This document shows positions 16,686-32,619 of a stretch of DNA of 64,000 bases, piece by piece; position 1 is the first letter of the stretch, and each line of letters begins with the position of its first letter. A model generated the notes under the pieces. It had not been told where the DNA came from, did no database searches, and saw only the letters and a program-made list of their open reading frames with translations. Source of the stretch: the human T2T-CHM13v2.0 reference genome, Homo sapiens; NCBI RefSeq assembly GCF_009914755.1, contig NC_060941.1; one strand, given 5' to 3'. The position numbers and the translations under genes are program-made.

Positions 16686-18090
16686 TCACAGCTGTGTGAC
16701 CGGGAGTAGTCACTTAACCTATGTCTCCCCTTCCTCACCAGTAAATCCTGCTACATCATGTACTGTGACAAGGATTCAGTAAGGTCATATGTGGACAGTA
16801 GCTGGCACAGAGGGGCTACTAAACAAATGGCTGCTATTAAATCCACATTAAAAGTACATGTGATCTGACAGAACCCAGCACATAAAAGAAAAAAAAAAGT
16901 ACATGTGATATTGTCTGATGAAAGCTTGATGGAAATGGCTTTTTTCTGGTTTATCCTCTTTGGAATCATCTCCTGTTTGGGATTAACTGCTGGTCTGATC
17001 AGTTCCAATATTCATAGCGGTGTCACCACTGAATAGCTTCTTATCCTTTGGGTTCCTGTTCCTCCTTCTGCTAAATAAGGATAATACCTATTTCCTAGAT
17101 TGTGAGCAACATTAAGTTCACATGGAAATCACCCATCACTGGGCCTGGTCCCCTGGAAGTAGCTAGTTAGTAAGGGCTGTTCTTTTCTCCTGTTTCTCTT
17201 GACATCTCTGGGCACAGAGAAAGTGCTGGGAAAAAAAGTTTAGGTGAATGAATGAAGACACATGGATTCTGGGGACACCAGAACCCACAGTGGGCTCTGT
17301 ATGGCACCAGAGTCTCTGTCATCATCAGATCCTCATTCCAGGACAGATGGAAAAAGATGAATGTTTCCAGACTGGGGCATAAAGACCCAGAGGCTGGAGA
17401 AGCTGTTCTTTATAGATATACCAGGAGAACCCACAGTTTACAAAATGTGCAACAACCCAACAGAAGTTGAGATTAAATTCTGTCACATCTAGAGGGGTCT
17501 GTGATGTCATCAAAAGCAAACCACCCACATCACAGATGAAGAAACAGGCCTGTGGCAGGGCTCGGACTAAAACCCAGATCCTGAGACCAGCTGCTTTTAA
17601 ACACAGACGTAGGTTTGCATCCTAGCTCCACCATTTACTGAGTAACCTTGGGTGAGCCAATGTAACCCCCTGGGTCTCTGTTTCTTTATCTGTCAACTGT
17701 GGAAAATGAAACCCATGTCACAAGGTTGTTCACTTCTGGGCTTGTACACGCTGACCCCAGAGAAACAGGGAACTCTGGCATCACCACACCCATCTTACAG
17801 ACGGAAAAGCTGAGGTCTGCAGAGAGTAAATCCTCTGCTCTGGTTATCTAGAAAGAACATAATTGTGCTCTGCTGACTGCAAATCCCAACTCTGCGGTTT
17901 GAAAATCCAAGGTGGCATGATCCTCTGCCCATTGTGGGCAATTTCACAGAAATGTGTTTGTTTTGGCCACTTACTTCTCCAGGGTGAGAGGGGGGAAGGC
18001 AAGCTGTTCCCCCAGCCATGGCTGCCCATCAGCCCGTTTCGGGCAGCACTGGACATGAGGAACCAGACACAGGTGGGTTCTGACACTCAC

Positions 18091-18174
18091 CCTGCTCTGT
18101 CTCTCTCACCAGCTTGGAGAGTTTAGCCCGGATGACAGGTGTGATGACTAATGACAGGAAAAGCAACCCATATC
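18091..18174 (-). CDS. SLC46A1: SLC46A1 exon 3
   Basis: ccacag|GA acceptor, G|gtgagt donor; 84 nt, [27 protein letters not shown]. Confidence 0.98.
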
Positions 18175-18639
18175 CTGTGGAGAAACAAACACTCATCAGG
18201 AAAATGGGGCTGGGGAGAGGGGCGTCCAAGGGAAAGGCAGCAGAGCTCCTATCCATACCCCATGTGGGGCTTAGGTTAGACCCAGGAAGAACTTCCTTGA
18301 TGGTGAGGGTGGGAAGACAGTAGTCAAGGAGGAATGGAGACTGCCCTTGTCTGGGCTTGGCCACCTGCTAGCTCTCATGAATGAATGCTAATTCCCATTG
18401 ATTGCTTTCTTGTCTGAACCTCTTGTGGTCACAGCAGGCATCACCCACCCACTTGGCACTTAGTAGGGATATGGCAGGGCACAGAAAACAAGCATGGGCT
18501 TTGGAGTCAGCCCTGAGTTCAAAACCTGATGCCATTACATATTATCTGTGTGGCCTGGGGTACTTACCCTCTCTGATCCTGACTCCCTGTATGAGGAAGA
18601 TAATAAGGCCTTCATCACAGGATGGTTCTGAGGCATAGG

Positions 18640-19127
18640 AGGCTGAATAATGGTGCCCAATGGCATCAGATTCATAGCCCTGGAACCTGTAAATACTACC
18701 TTATTTGGAAAATGAGTCTATGCAGGTGTGCAGTTAAGCCTCCTGAGAGAGCAGAGTTATCCTGGATTAGGTTGGGCCCTAAATGCCGTCACACATATCT
18801 TTATAAGAGGAAAGCAGACGGAGATTTGGCACCGACAGAATTGAGAAGGCACAAAGAGGAGGAGAGTCAATGTGAGCACAGAGGCAGAGACTGGTGATGG
18901 CCGCCCCAAGCCAAGGAATGCCAGCAGCCCCAGAAGCTGGAAGAAATGAGAAACACGTTCTCTCCTGGAGGCTTGCAAGGGAGCACTGCCTGCTGACTGC
19001 TTCCATTCAGCCCGGTGGTACTGACTTTGGACTTCTGGCCTCCAGAACTGTGAGAGAATATGTTTCTGTTGTGTTAAGCCCCCAAGTTTGTGGTATGTCA
19101 TTACAGCAATCTCAGGGAACCAATACA
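18640..19127 (+). mobile_element. MaLR LTR (MLT1C/D-like) in SLC46A1 intron 2
   Basis: Typical MLT1 motifs (ggacttctggcctccagaactgtgagagaata...ttaagcc...aataca). Confidence 0.75.
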
Positions 19128-20322
19128 TGAGGTAAAAAGGTAACATCTATGAAGAGCATGGCATAGGGACACAGCAAATGGGAGTTCCTTTTCCCTTTGC
19201 ATTCAGTTACTTACAGGCTTCCTGTTTTCTTCATAACCATTTCTCTCCCTGTGCGACTGCTGACTCCTCAGCAAAACTGCAAACTCCTACAGGACAGTGG
19301 ATCCTCCAAAGAAGGTATACGATGAGGCATCCAGGGACCCTAGCAGTGTCAGGCCCCTCAAATCCCACTCTGTTGAGACCTCCCCCCGACCCAGAGCAAT
19401 GACAGCATCTTTATCATCTCTGCATCCCCCAGGGCCATCAGCAGGAGGGAAAGGTTCCCTTCTGCTTAATTGTCAGACAAGCAGTTGAGTTAAGAAATCT
19501 GTGATTATTGTATTGTTGACTATACACAGCACATTTTAGGGCTCTATCAAAATAAATCTGTCCCTTTAAAAAAAGTTAACTAAAGCCGGGCACGGTGGCT
19601 CATGCCTGTAATCCCAACACTTTGGGAGGCTGAGGCAGGCGGATCCTTGAGCTCAGGAGTTAGAGACCTGGACTGGGCAAAATGGTGAGGACCCCATCTC
19701 TATAAAAAATACAAAAATTAGCAAGGTGTGGTAATGTGCACCAGTGGTCCCAGCTACTAGAGAGGCCAAGGTGGGAGGATCATCTGGGCCCGGGGGATGA
19801 GGCTGCAGTGAGCCATGATCGTGCCACTGCACTCTAGCCTGGGTAACAAAGCGAGACCCTGTCTCTAAATACATCAATCAAATAAAAATTTTAAAAAGTT
19901 AACTTCCTCATTTACTGGCCTGTTGACCCTCTCCCATCAAAAAAAGAAGGGGAGGAAGTGAGGAGGGAAAGGAGAAGGAGAAAGAGGAGAAGAGGAACTG
20001 AAGCAGGAATTTCATATCTGTGGTCCGAGAAGACTGGTTTTTAAAAAACCCAAAGAAGCTGACTAAGGGTATTTGAGGTAGGTCCTGTGATTCTTATCAG
20101 AGAAGTGAGTACCAGGCATTAATGGCATGGACTTTGTTTAAGAACATATGAATAGGCGGTGGGAGGCCAAGGGGTAAAGCAATTAGTGTATGAGCCACAC
20201 TTTTGTCTTTTGCTCTATATTACTAACAATATTAATGGTTGATAACAGTGGGTTAATTACTTTAGCTACTGAAGGTCTATATTTTCCATGTATCAAAGAT
20301 GGCATTTTTGAGGGATTTCTTA

Positions 20323-21426
<1,104 letters not shown>

Positions 21427-21649
21427 CTAAACCTCAGAGAATCTTAGCACAGCTTTCAAAATCTGCCAGTGGAGAGGGGGAAGGACATGGACCAAGGCCC
21501 CATTCCCTTTCCTTTCCCCCCCCTTTTGTTAACCTGCAAGGCCAGACTTTAGCTCAGCTTTTCGCATCCCACCCGCTGAGGTTCTCGGTCAGGCCCCTTT
21601 GCTCTGGTCCCGCCCACCATCCAAAATGCACCCTCCCTCCAGTTACCCG

Positions 21650-22260
<611 letters not shown>

Positions 22261-22818
22261 CACCACAGATAACAAGAATATCAACAATTAACATGTATTG
22301 ACCACTTACTATGTGCTGGGCACGGTATTAAACCCTTTTTGTGCGTTGGTCTCCCGATAACTCTACAGGCTAGCCAATATTAACCATCGCTATCTACCGC
22401 TGAGGAAACGAGGTCATCGGGTACTCAAGGCAGAGCTGGAAGAGCACATGACTCCTGATGCTGCTGATGTTCTGCGCTGTAACAGAGAGGCAGCTGGAGA
22501 GGATCGGAGTGGGCTGAGCCCAGCTGCCTGGGTTGGAACACCTAGGCTCTGCCACTACCTTCGGCATGCCACTTACCACCCTGAGCCTCTGTTTTTTCAT
22601 CTGTAAAATGGAGTTGCTAACAAAACATGTCTCAAAAAGTTGTGGAAAAGCAGTGTCTGGTATATTCAAAGTGCTATTATTGCTATTAACAGGCTGTCAC
22701 GTCTGGGAGTGGTGGCTCACACCTGTAATCCCAGCACTTTTGGAGGCTGAGGCGCATGGATCGCTTGAACCCAGGAGTTCGAGACCAATCTGGGCAACAT
22801 GGTAAAACCCTGTCTCTA

Positions 22819-23022
<204 letters not shown>

Positions 23023-23742
23023 TCACTTGCTCCACTCCTGCCCTAGGATCTTTTCCTGGGAAACTAGTCTTGTTTCTGGGGTCAGGCAGGGCCTGGCTCT
23101 GCAGTTCCCTTAGAGAAGATGGGGGAGGGCCTGGGAGGTCCTTGGGTGTGAACCTATGCTCCTGGGTGGCTCCCATTATAGGAATTAGGCCAGAAGGCAG
23201 TCACCTGCTCTGCTGCTGAGGAGGTCAGACCCTGTCTGGGCCTCTGTTTTATTGCCTGTAAAAAGGAACAGCATTACCTTCCTTACTCCCCTATCTTTCA
23301 TTCATTCAGCTCATTTACTGAGTGCCCCTTACGTGCCAGGCACTGTGCTGGGGGACTCCGGGACCACAACAGGAAAGGAAATAGACAAAGCCCTCACCAG
23401 GCCCGTTAGTTTCTAGAATGGTGGGAGAGGAAAAATAGTCAAAGAATCCTACTAATTGATACAAAATTCCAACCGTGGAAAATAGTTTTGAACTCCAAGG
23501 GTGCTAATTCAGGGGCTGGAGGTAGGGGGAGCAGAATCAGGAAAGGCCACCTTCCCTGAGAACAGAGCAGCTGAGTGGGTTTCTGGAGGCAGGTCCTGAC
23601 AGGCCTGATTCTTGGGAGGATGGATGGCTCCAATTCTGGCCACTGTGACTGTGCCTGGGCCTGTTGGAGCTTGTTAGCTACCCCACCTCCCCTGAGCCAG
23701 GAGTCCGAGACTCAGGATGGGTAGGTGCTGGCTAGATACTAG

Positions 23743-23757
23743 TGAACTGAATAACCT
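23743..23757 (-). promoter_or_regulatory. DR3 vitamin D response element upstream of SLC46A1
   Basis: Minus strand reads AGGTTA-ttc-AGTTCA, about 1.7 kb upstream of the promoter. Vitamin D induction of PCFT through an upstream VDRE is known (recalled, not verified here). Confidence 0.75.
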
Positions 23758-25086
23758 CCCCCTGCAAGCTGCCCCCACCTGTGGTCCCCTAGAGAGAGGA
23801 AATTCCACATTAAACATTCAAGCCTCTGGATTGGCTCCACTCTCCTCCCTCCCCTTCCAACTCCTCCCTACCACTTACACAAAAGCTTGGCCCAGTTAGG
23901 TCAGCTGCAGTGAGGGAGGGGTACTTGGCTAAATCCTTGGAATTATTTCTTAGATAAAGAACTAAGGCTAGGAGAGGCCAAGGTCCCTCATCAGGAATGG
24001 GACAGGGTGTGGCTCATCCCAGAGCCAGAGCCTGCAGTACCCACTAGGGTAGAGGTCTTTTCTAACTCCTTGAAAACAGCTGCAATCAGGTCACTGGCCT
24101 GCTCAAAACCATCCTGGGCTTTCCATTTCGCTCAGTGAGAGCCAAGTCCTTATGAGAGCCCTAAGGCCACCTACCTCTTCTCTGTCCCTCTCCCCTGCTT
24201 TGTCCCCCTCAATCCTTGTGCTCAAGCCATGCTGGCCTCCTGCTTTAGGGCCTTTACACTTGCGGTAACTACTACCTAGAATGCTCTTCTGGATATCTGC
24301 CTGGCCGGCTCCCTCACTTCCTTCAAGTCTCCACTAAAATGTCACCTGACCCTCCTATATAAGCAACTTCCCTCCTTCCTTGCTTCCTGGCACTCCCTAA
24401 TCCTTTACCCTGTTTCATTTTTTTCCATAGTGTTTATCACCATCTGAATTATAACTTTCTGGTTTCTTTGTTGTCCATCTCCCTTTACTAGAGGTCATGA
24501 TGGCAGGGACTTTGTTTTTTCATCACTACCATATCCCCAGCATCTAGAATAGTGCCTGGCGTGTGGTAGATGCTCAAAAGACGATCGCTGAATGAACTCT
24601 CAGTCTCAAGGAGAGGAGATTCCGCAGCTGGAGTCCCAGAGCATGTGGAGAGGGTTGCCAATGTTGAGCTGCACTGTGGAGTCCAGAGCCCAAGAATCTC
24701 CACCTAGAAGGAAGCTGAGAAATCACATCTCCACCCATCCAACCATTTAAAAGACAGGGAAACTGAGGTCCAGAGGGAAAGGTGACTTACCCAGAGAGAG
24801 CTAAAAAGTCCTGCCTGTCAAATTTCTACAGGAAAGGAGAAGCTATTGCAAAGGAAAAGATCTGTAGACTTATTTCCATCAGAACATAAAGCCTTAATTC
24901 AAAGGCAAATGACAAACAAAGTCATTTGTTTGTCATTAAAAGAAAGAAAAATCTTTCTTTTAAAATATGGCCGGGCGCAGTGACTCATGCCTGTAATCCC
25001 AGTACTTTGGGAGGCCGAGGCGGGTGGATCACCTGAGGTCAGGAGTTCAAGACCAGCCTCAACATGGAGAAACCCCATCTCTACTA

Positions 25087-25245
<159 letters not shown>

Positions 25246-26294
25246 TCAAAAAAATAAAATAAAATAAAATAAAATATGACAAAGGGTTACTATTTTAACT
25301 ATATGTGATAATAACCTGAAGATCCCTCCCTCAGTAAACAGATAAAAACCAAGCACTGAGAGGTTGTAACACAGAACATGCATGTGAGACACACAAATGA
25401 GCTCTTCTCCAGCTTCTGAATAGTGAGAAAAACACTGTGCCTTTGATCTTGTTCTTTGCAGCCAACACATTAGCAATGATTTTGTTTAAAATGAGAATGC
25501 TCAAAGCTGGTAAGGCTACAGTGAAACAAATACTGCTGAAGGAGTGTAAATACACCCTTTCAGGAAAAAATTTGGTAGCCTTTAATCAAGACCCTTGAAG
25601 CCTCTAATTCTACATGTAGGTCTCTATCTAAAGGAAATAGTCTCAAGTACAGAAAAAAGCCTTATGTGCTAAGATATTCTCCCATAACATTATATTGACA
25701 AGAGTAAAAAAAAAAAAAAAAAGATAAACAACCTATGTGTCCAACAGTAGCGAAATGGCTGAGTAAATTATAGTCTATCCACTCCATGAATATGAGTCAT
25801 TAAAATGATATGTTCAAAGAGATTATAATAATATGGAAAACTGCTTACATAATAATTTGTATGTAGAAAAAACAGAGAGCTTGTTTATGTGGTATGGTCA
25901 TAGGCATAGAAAAGAATTGCACTGAGTAAAGACTGGAAACCATGGCACCAATATATTAACAGAAGTCCTCTCTGCGTGGTAGTAGGGTTAGGTAAGATTC
26001 TCTTTTCTTCTATTTAAAATGTTTTCAACCCTTCTGATATAAACAGATATAAACATATGTTTTAATCATGGAAAACATAAACATTTTAAAAATCTGATGA
26101 TACTCCTCTCCTTCAAATGTATTCTGGCTCAATTGCCAAATATCAGCTTCATGCTCCTTGATGTTCTGGAGACATCACTAGGAGCTGACTTTTATTGAAG
26201 CAGGCAGCACCATACTGAGGGCATTACATACATTATCTTACTGAATCCTGACTACAGCCTTATGAGATAGGTATTACAATTTTTTTTTCTTTGA

Positions 26295-26453
<159 letters not shown>

Positions 26454-28850
26454 TAGTAGAGACAGGGTTTCACCATGTTGGTCACGCTGGTGTCAAACTG
26501 CTGACCTCAAGTGATCCGCCCACCTCGGCCTCCCAAAGTGCTGGGATTACAGGTGTGAGCTACCGCGCCCGGCCAGGTATTATTATTTTTACAGATGATG
26601 TAACTACAGCATAGAGGGATGAAGGGAAATGGTTTTTCTCACTCTGGGTACAGGTTTTCTTTTCCTTACACCTACCTGTTCTAGTGCTTTCTGTTATTCT
26701 AAGCCTTAGTATATGTTAGTCTCTTTGCCAGTAATACCCTTCCTACTTTGCTTGGCCTATTCAGCTCCTTTTCATCCTTCAAAACCCACCTCTGTGTCTC
26801 ACTTCTAGGCGGAATTAGTCATTGGCTAATATGTACTTCCACAATACTGGGTTCATACATTTAACCCTGGTTTTAAACTTAACCTGGTTATAAATATGTG
26901 TTCCCAGGTTTGTCTCCTCTTAACCCCTACCTATGTCCTGCCTCCAGATTTGAGGGCAGAGAAAATTTTTTTCACCTCTGTATTCCCTATCCCTGGGCTT
27001 GACATGCAATAAGATAAAATGTTAAATAACTTTGATGACATGCATCAACTCCAGTCAATTGATTGAATCTGTCTGGATTGCTACATTGAGATGGGCTATT
27101 TTTCCAGCTTTGTGGGAAGGAGTCCTGCGATTCATTCTTGATGTCTGCCATGGGCTTGGGAATGGTAAGTACTGGCACTAAAAACTGTGTTGTCCAACCC
27201 CAGGATATGTACTCAGTAAATTTTGAGAGGCTTTGGGGAAGTGCCTGGAAGTCATAAGGGTTTCTCTTTGCTTCCAGTTGGATAATGCCTACGAGAGGCT
27301 GTCTATACAACCACTGTGACAGAGAAGATTGCAACAGGGATTCTTCATCCAAACAGCAGTCTTATCACAGCCTCCACCCAAAACCTATGCCTCCTTTTTG
27401 CAAGAGGCCACTTACAGCTTCCAAAGAGCTCTTCATGATTTTAGACACTGAGAGGAAGGAAGGAGACAGCATGAGAGAAAAGCTATTTTCCTTTTTGAGA
27501 TGTTGCTTCTCACATAGCAACCCTAAAAGTCAAAGCAGCATCCTTGTCACAACTAAGGGTGTTCCCAGCACTGAGTAGAAGCTGCAACTATGCCCCCATC
27601 GCTGTGAGACTTTGACCAAGTCCCTTTCTGGCTTCAATTTTCTCATCAATGAAATAATTTCTGGGCCTCTATTTCCTTGTCTGTGAAAAATGAAGTAATA
27701 ATATCTACCTATGGGGTGGATGTTTGGGTCAAATGAGAAAATATGTATGGCTGTGAACTTTATGTGGCTGTGTCCAGGTGCCAGAGATGATGATTGCTGT
27801 TGAACTGGGCTTGAAGGTAGGAGGGATTTCACCAGAAAGAAGTGAGGCTGTCCCAAGTGAGAGGAAAAGTTGGGCCTTACAGAGGGATGCTACCCAGAAT
27901 TCAGAGAAGTACAGGGCTAGAGGTGCATTAAGTGCATAAAGATGTCATTACCGCATGGGGGGGATTTCACAAAACACTTTCTGTCTTTGGCCTCCTGCCC
28001 TTGGTTTCATTTTAAACACTTTCCTTTTGCTAGAGCCTTTGCATCTATCCATCTATTCATTTAGCATCTACCGCCTGCCAGGCCCACTGCTAGGTGCTGA
28101 GGTTACAGACAAGAATTTACATAATTCCTTCCTTCTATGAGTCCTCAGGCTAGTGGGAAGCAGCACAACAAATCTCAAATAACAATAACAAAAGCATGCC
28201 GTAGGATGAATAATTTCAGAGAGAAGGTGTGTGTGTGTCATCAAGAGAAAGTCAAAGGATTCACAGAGGAGCTGAATTTTGAAGCATGAGATGGTAAAAA
28301 GGAGTCTCCAGGACAACAGAGAGAAGACATGATAAAGGGCTTTCTGTACAGTGGGAAAGGCAAGTTCTGAGAGACAGCAAGGACACCTATTTTGTTGGGG
28401 GTACTGAAGTCATCATAGGACACCCTGAAGGAAAATGAGCCAAGGCCTCATGTTCACAAAGCGTTTCAATTTTAGACATTCAGTCCCAGAGACTCACTCC
28501 CTAAATTGGTCTTTTAGTTGGAGTGTTTAGTCCAGTTACATTTAATGTAATTACTGATGTAGTTGTGGTTAAGTCTACCATCTTGCTAAATCTTTCCTTT
28601 AATTTAAAAATCTTTTTTTTGAGATAGTGTCTCACTATGTTTCCCAGGGTGGTCTTGACCTCCTGGCCTCAAGGAATCATCCCACCTCAGCCTCTCAAAG
28701 TGCTAGGATTATAGGCATGAGCCACAACACCCAGCCTTGCCAAATCTTTTCTTCTTTTCCTACCTGTTTTGTTTCTTTACTTCTCCTCTCTTATCTTTTG
28801 GGTGAATTATATTATTTCATTTCTGCCTTCTTCCCTTATGTCAAGGATTA

Positions 28851-29249
<399 letters not shown>

Positions 29250-30854
29250 CTATAGTTCTCTATGAATATATTTACTCATGGGGACCCATGGGGCAAGAAA
29301 ATATATGTGTGTATGTATAAATATATATGTATATATTAATTCTGTAATTATGCTGTGACTAATACAGCTAAGTAGCATTATATTGTGTGTTACAACGTGT
29401 TAATTTATTAAACATAAATATTTAAAATATGCTATGAAAGCCTGTCTTGGCAAGTCTTTATTTTTAGTTTCTCTGGATTCTCAAATAAGAAAAATGGCCC
29501 AGGTCTCTTGATCTCTGGGAGACCCTGCAGGAGCGCCTCCTGGCTGACACAGTTTGGGGGTGACATAGAGGGTAATGTCTAGGGATTCCATTTGGTCTCA
29601 GGAAGGATATCTTCTGGTCAGGCCCTCCCTCCAGTCCCAGGCTCAGAAGCCCAGCTGTGAAGCCCTGGAGCACCTGACTTTTTTTTAGTGCACCAGAGAA
29701 CTAAACTCAAGCAAGACGGGGGTGCAAATCAGAAGGCTCTTTTCTAACACGGGGTTTCTATTCGTAGGCTGTAATGGCCACATCACTTATCTAGGGCTGC
29801 CTATTCCCAGTGCCAGGGAAATAGAAGATGGAAGCAGGGATCGGGAAGGTGCTAGGTGAGCCGCAAATCAGAGCCAAGGGACGGAGGATGATTTGCAGTA
29901 GGGAGAGCAGGCACAAGGAAAGCCACCGCTGAGAACTGCCCTCTAGGGACTGAAGTGTTGTGGCACTTCCTTGGTGGTGTTCCTGTACCATACTTTCCTA
30001 TGCTGACCATGTACATACATTCTTTTTGTAGGTCTGTCAATAGTGCTGATCAGTAATAGTTAGTTTTTAGTTAGAGAACTGCTGTGTGCCAGCCACTTTA
30101 CATATATGATCTCTTATCCTCATTATAATTCAGTGAGGTAAGTATTGTGATCCCTGCTTTATAGATGAGGAATTAGGTTATGTGGCTTGCCCAAAGACAC
30201 ACAGCTAAAGGGTAACAGAGCTGATATTCAGCCCATGTCTGTCTGACTCCAAAGCCTCCACACTTTGTACTCTCAATAGTTCACAGACATGTGACCCAGG
30301 GGTTGGATATGGCCCACAGATGTGTTTTGTTTGATTCACACTTGTTTTCAAAAAAATAATCGGCTCACATCGTGTATTTTAAATTTTGAATTAGTTGCCA
30401 ACATCTAACAATTGGAAGATTCATATGAAAAATCCAGGTTTTTGCATTCCCTTGAAAATTCAGAAATGATGGCAACATTCACATCAGGCAATACCTTGCT
30501 GAAGTTGGGAAGGGACTGTCCCCTCCCTTTAGCTGTGGGATATGTTCTCCACTTCACCACTCCCCCACTACCCACCTCCACTCATAGAGGATGCCTGGTC
30601 CTATAGGTTTTCGAGCTTGCAGCCCCTTTCCTGTGCTGTGCTGCTGCCTGGGAAGAGGATCCCAGGTTTCTTAAAGGGCGTGGACCAAGGCTTTCTGAAC
30701 ATAAAGCGATGGAATCACTGTGACACAACACCAAGCTACTATTCCAAGCATCTGAAAAGCATTCTGTTTTCTCCCATTTTAGGCCGATTTAATTAGCGAT
30801 AAGGAACACCTTAGTGGCCAGCCCACTACAATCTGGTACTGCTATACTTTATAG

Positions 30855-31286
<432 letters not shown>

Positions 31287-32109
31287 TGAGATTGAGGTGC
31301 CTGTGTGATGTCCTGGTGGAGGGGGCTCCAAAGGGCAGCTCTACCCAGAGCTAACAAGGATGGGCAGCGCTAGGAGCCATCGGCATATGTGTGATAGAGC
31401 CTGGGAGTAGCAGACCACCCTGAGAGGATATGACAAGGGACAGAGAGCCTAGGCAGGGGTCAGTAAGGAGCACAACCGTTTCGGGATGAAGGGAGGAAGA
31501 TGGAGCAGGCAGAGAGGAAGAAGAGAAGCAGCAGAAGGGAGCATTAAACCAAAAGGAGAGAATTGCAGATGAGAGTGGTGACATGCCAGGTACTACAGAA
31601 AGAGGTCTAGGGAAACGTTGGCAATTGAAACTCAACAGTGGTCACCCCAGAAGTTTCAGCAGGTGAGATCTTTTTTTAAAAAAAGGAAAAAAATAGAAGT
31701 CAGATCACAATGGGTTAAGTCAGGATCAATTGTACATTTAATACTGAGGAATGAAGCAAAGGTGCCTCTTGATAAGGTAATCCTTAGAGACTCCAACAAG
31801 CAAGATGCAACACATTCTGGGATGAGAGTAGCTCTTCTCTCAAAGGTGGAACTGGGGTGCACTAGGGACAGGCAGGCCTAATCTTTATGGCCAGTGCAAT
31901 CTCAGGGAAGCATATCTGAGGCTGAAACCCAGTCAGGGGTAGTGAGAAGGCAAAAGGTGCAACCCCGCCCAGGCCTAGCTGGTTAGGTGGATGACAGCAG
32001 CAGACGCACTCCCCAGGTGTTAACCTGTCCAGGTAGCCAGCTACCCTCCATGGGCCCAGAATTGATTTTTTCATGTTTAACTCCGATGCTCCTAAGCCCC
32101 CTGTGGTAG

Positions 32110-32469
<360 letters not shown>

Positions 32470-32619
32470 TGAGCCACCACACCCGGCTCACTTTAGCTTT
32501 TTTTACGCAGTTATTTTGACATTTGGCTGACATTTGCCCTTATTTCATGAGAGTGAGTGGAAAAACGGAGAACACTGGGGCCGACTCTAGTGCTGATATC
32601 TTTCAGGTAAGGATAGGAA

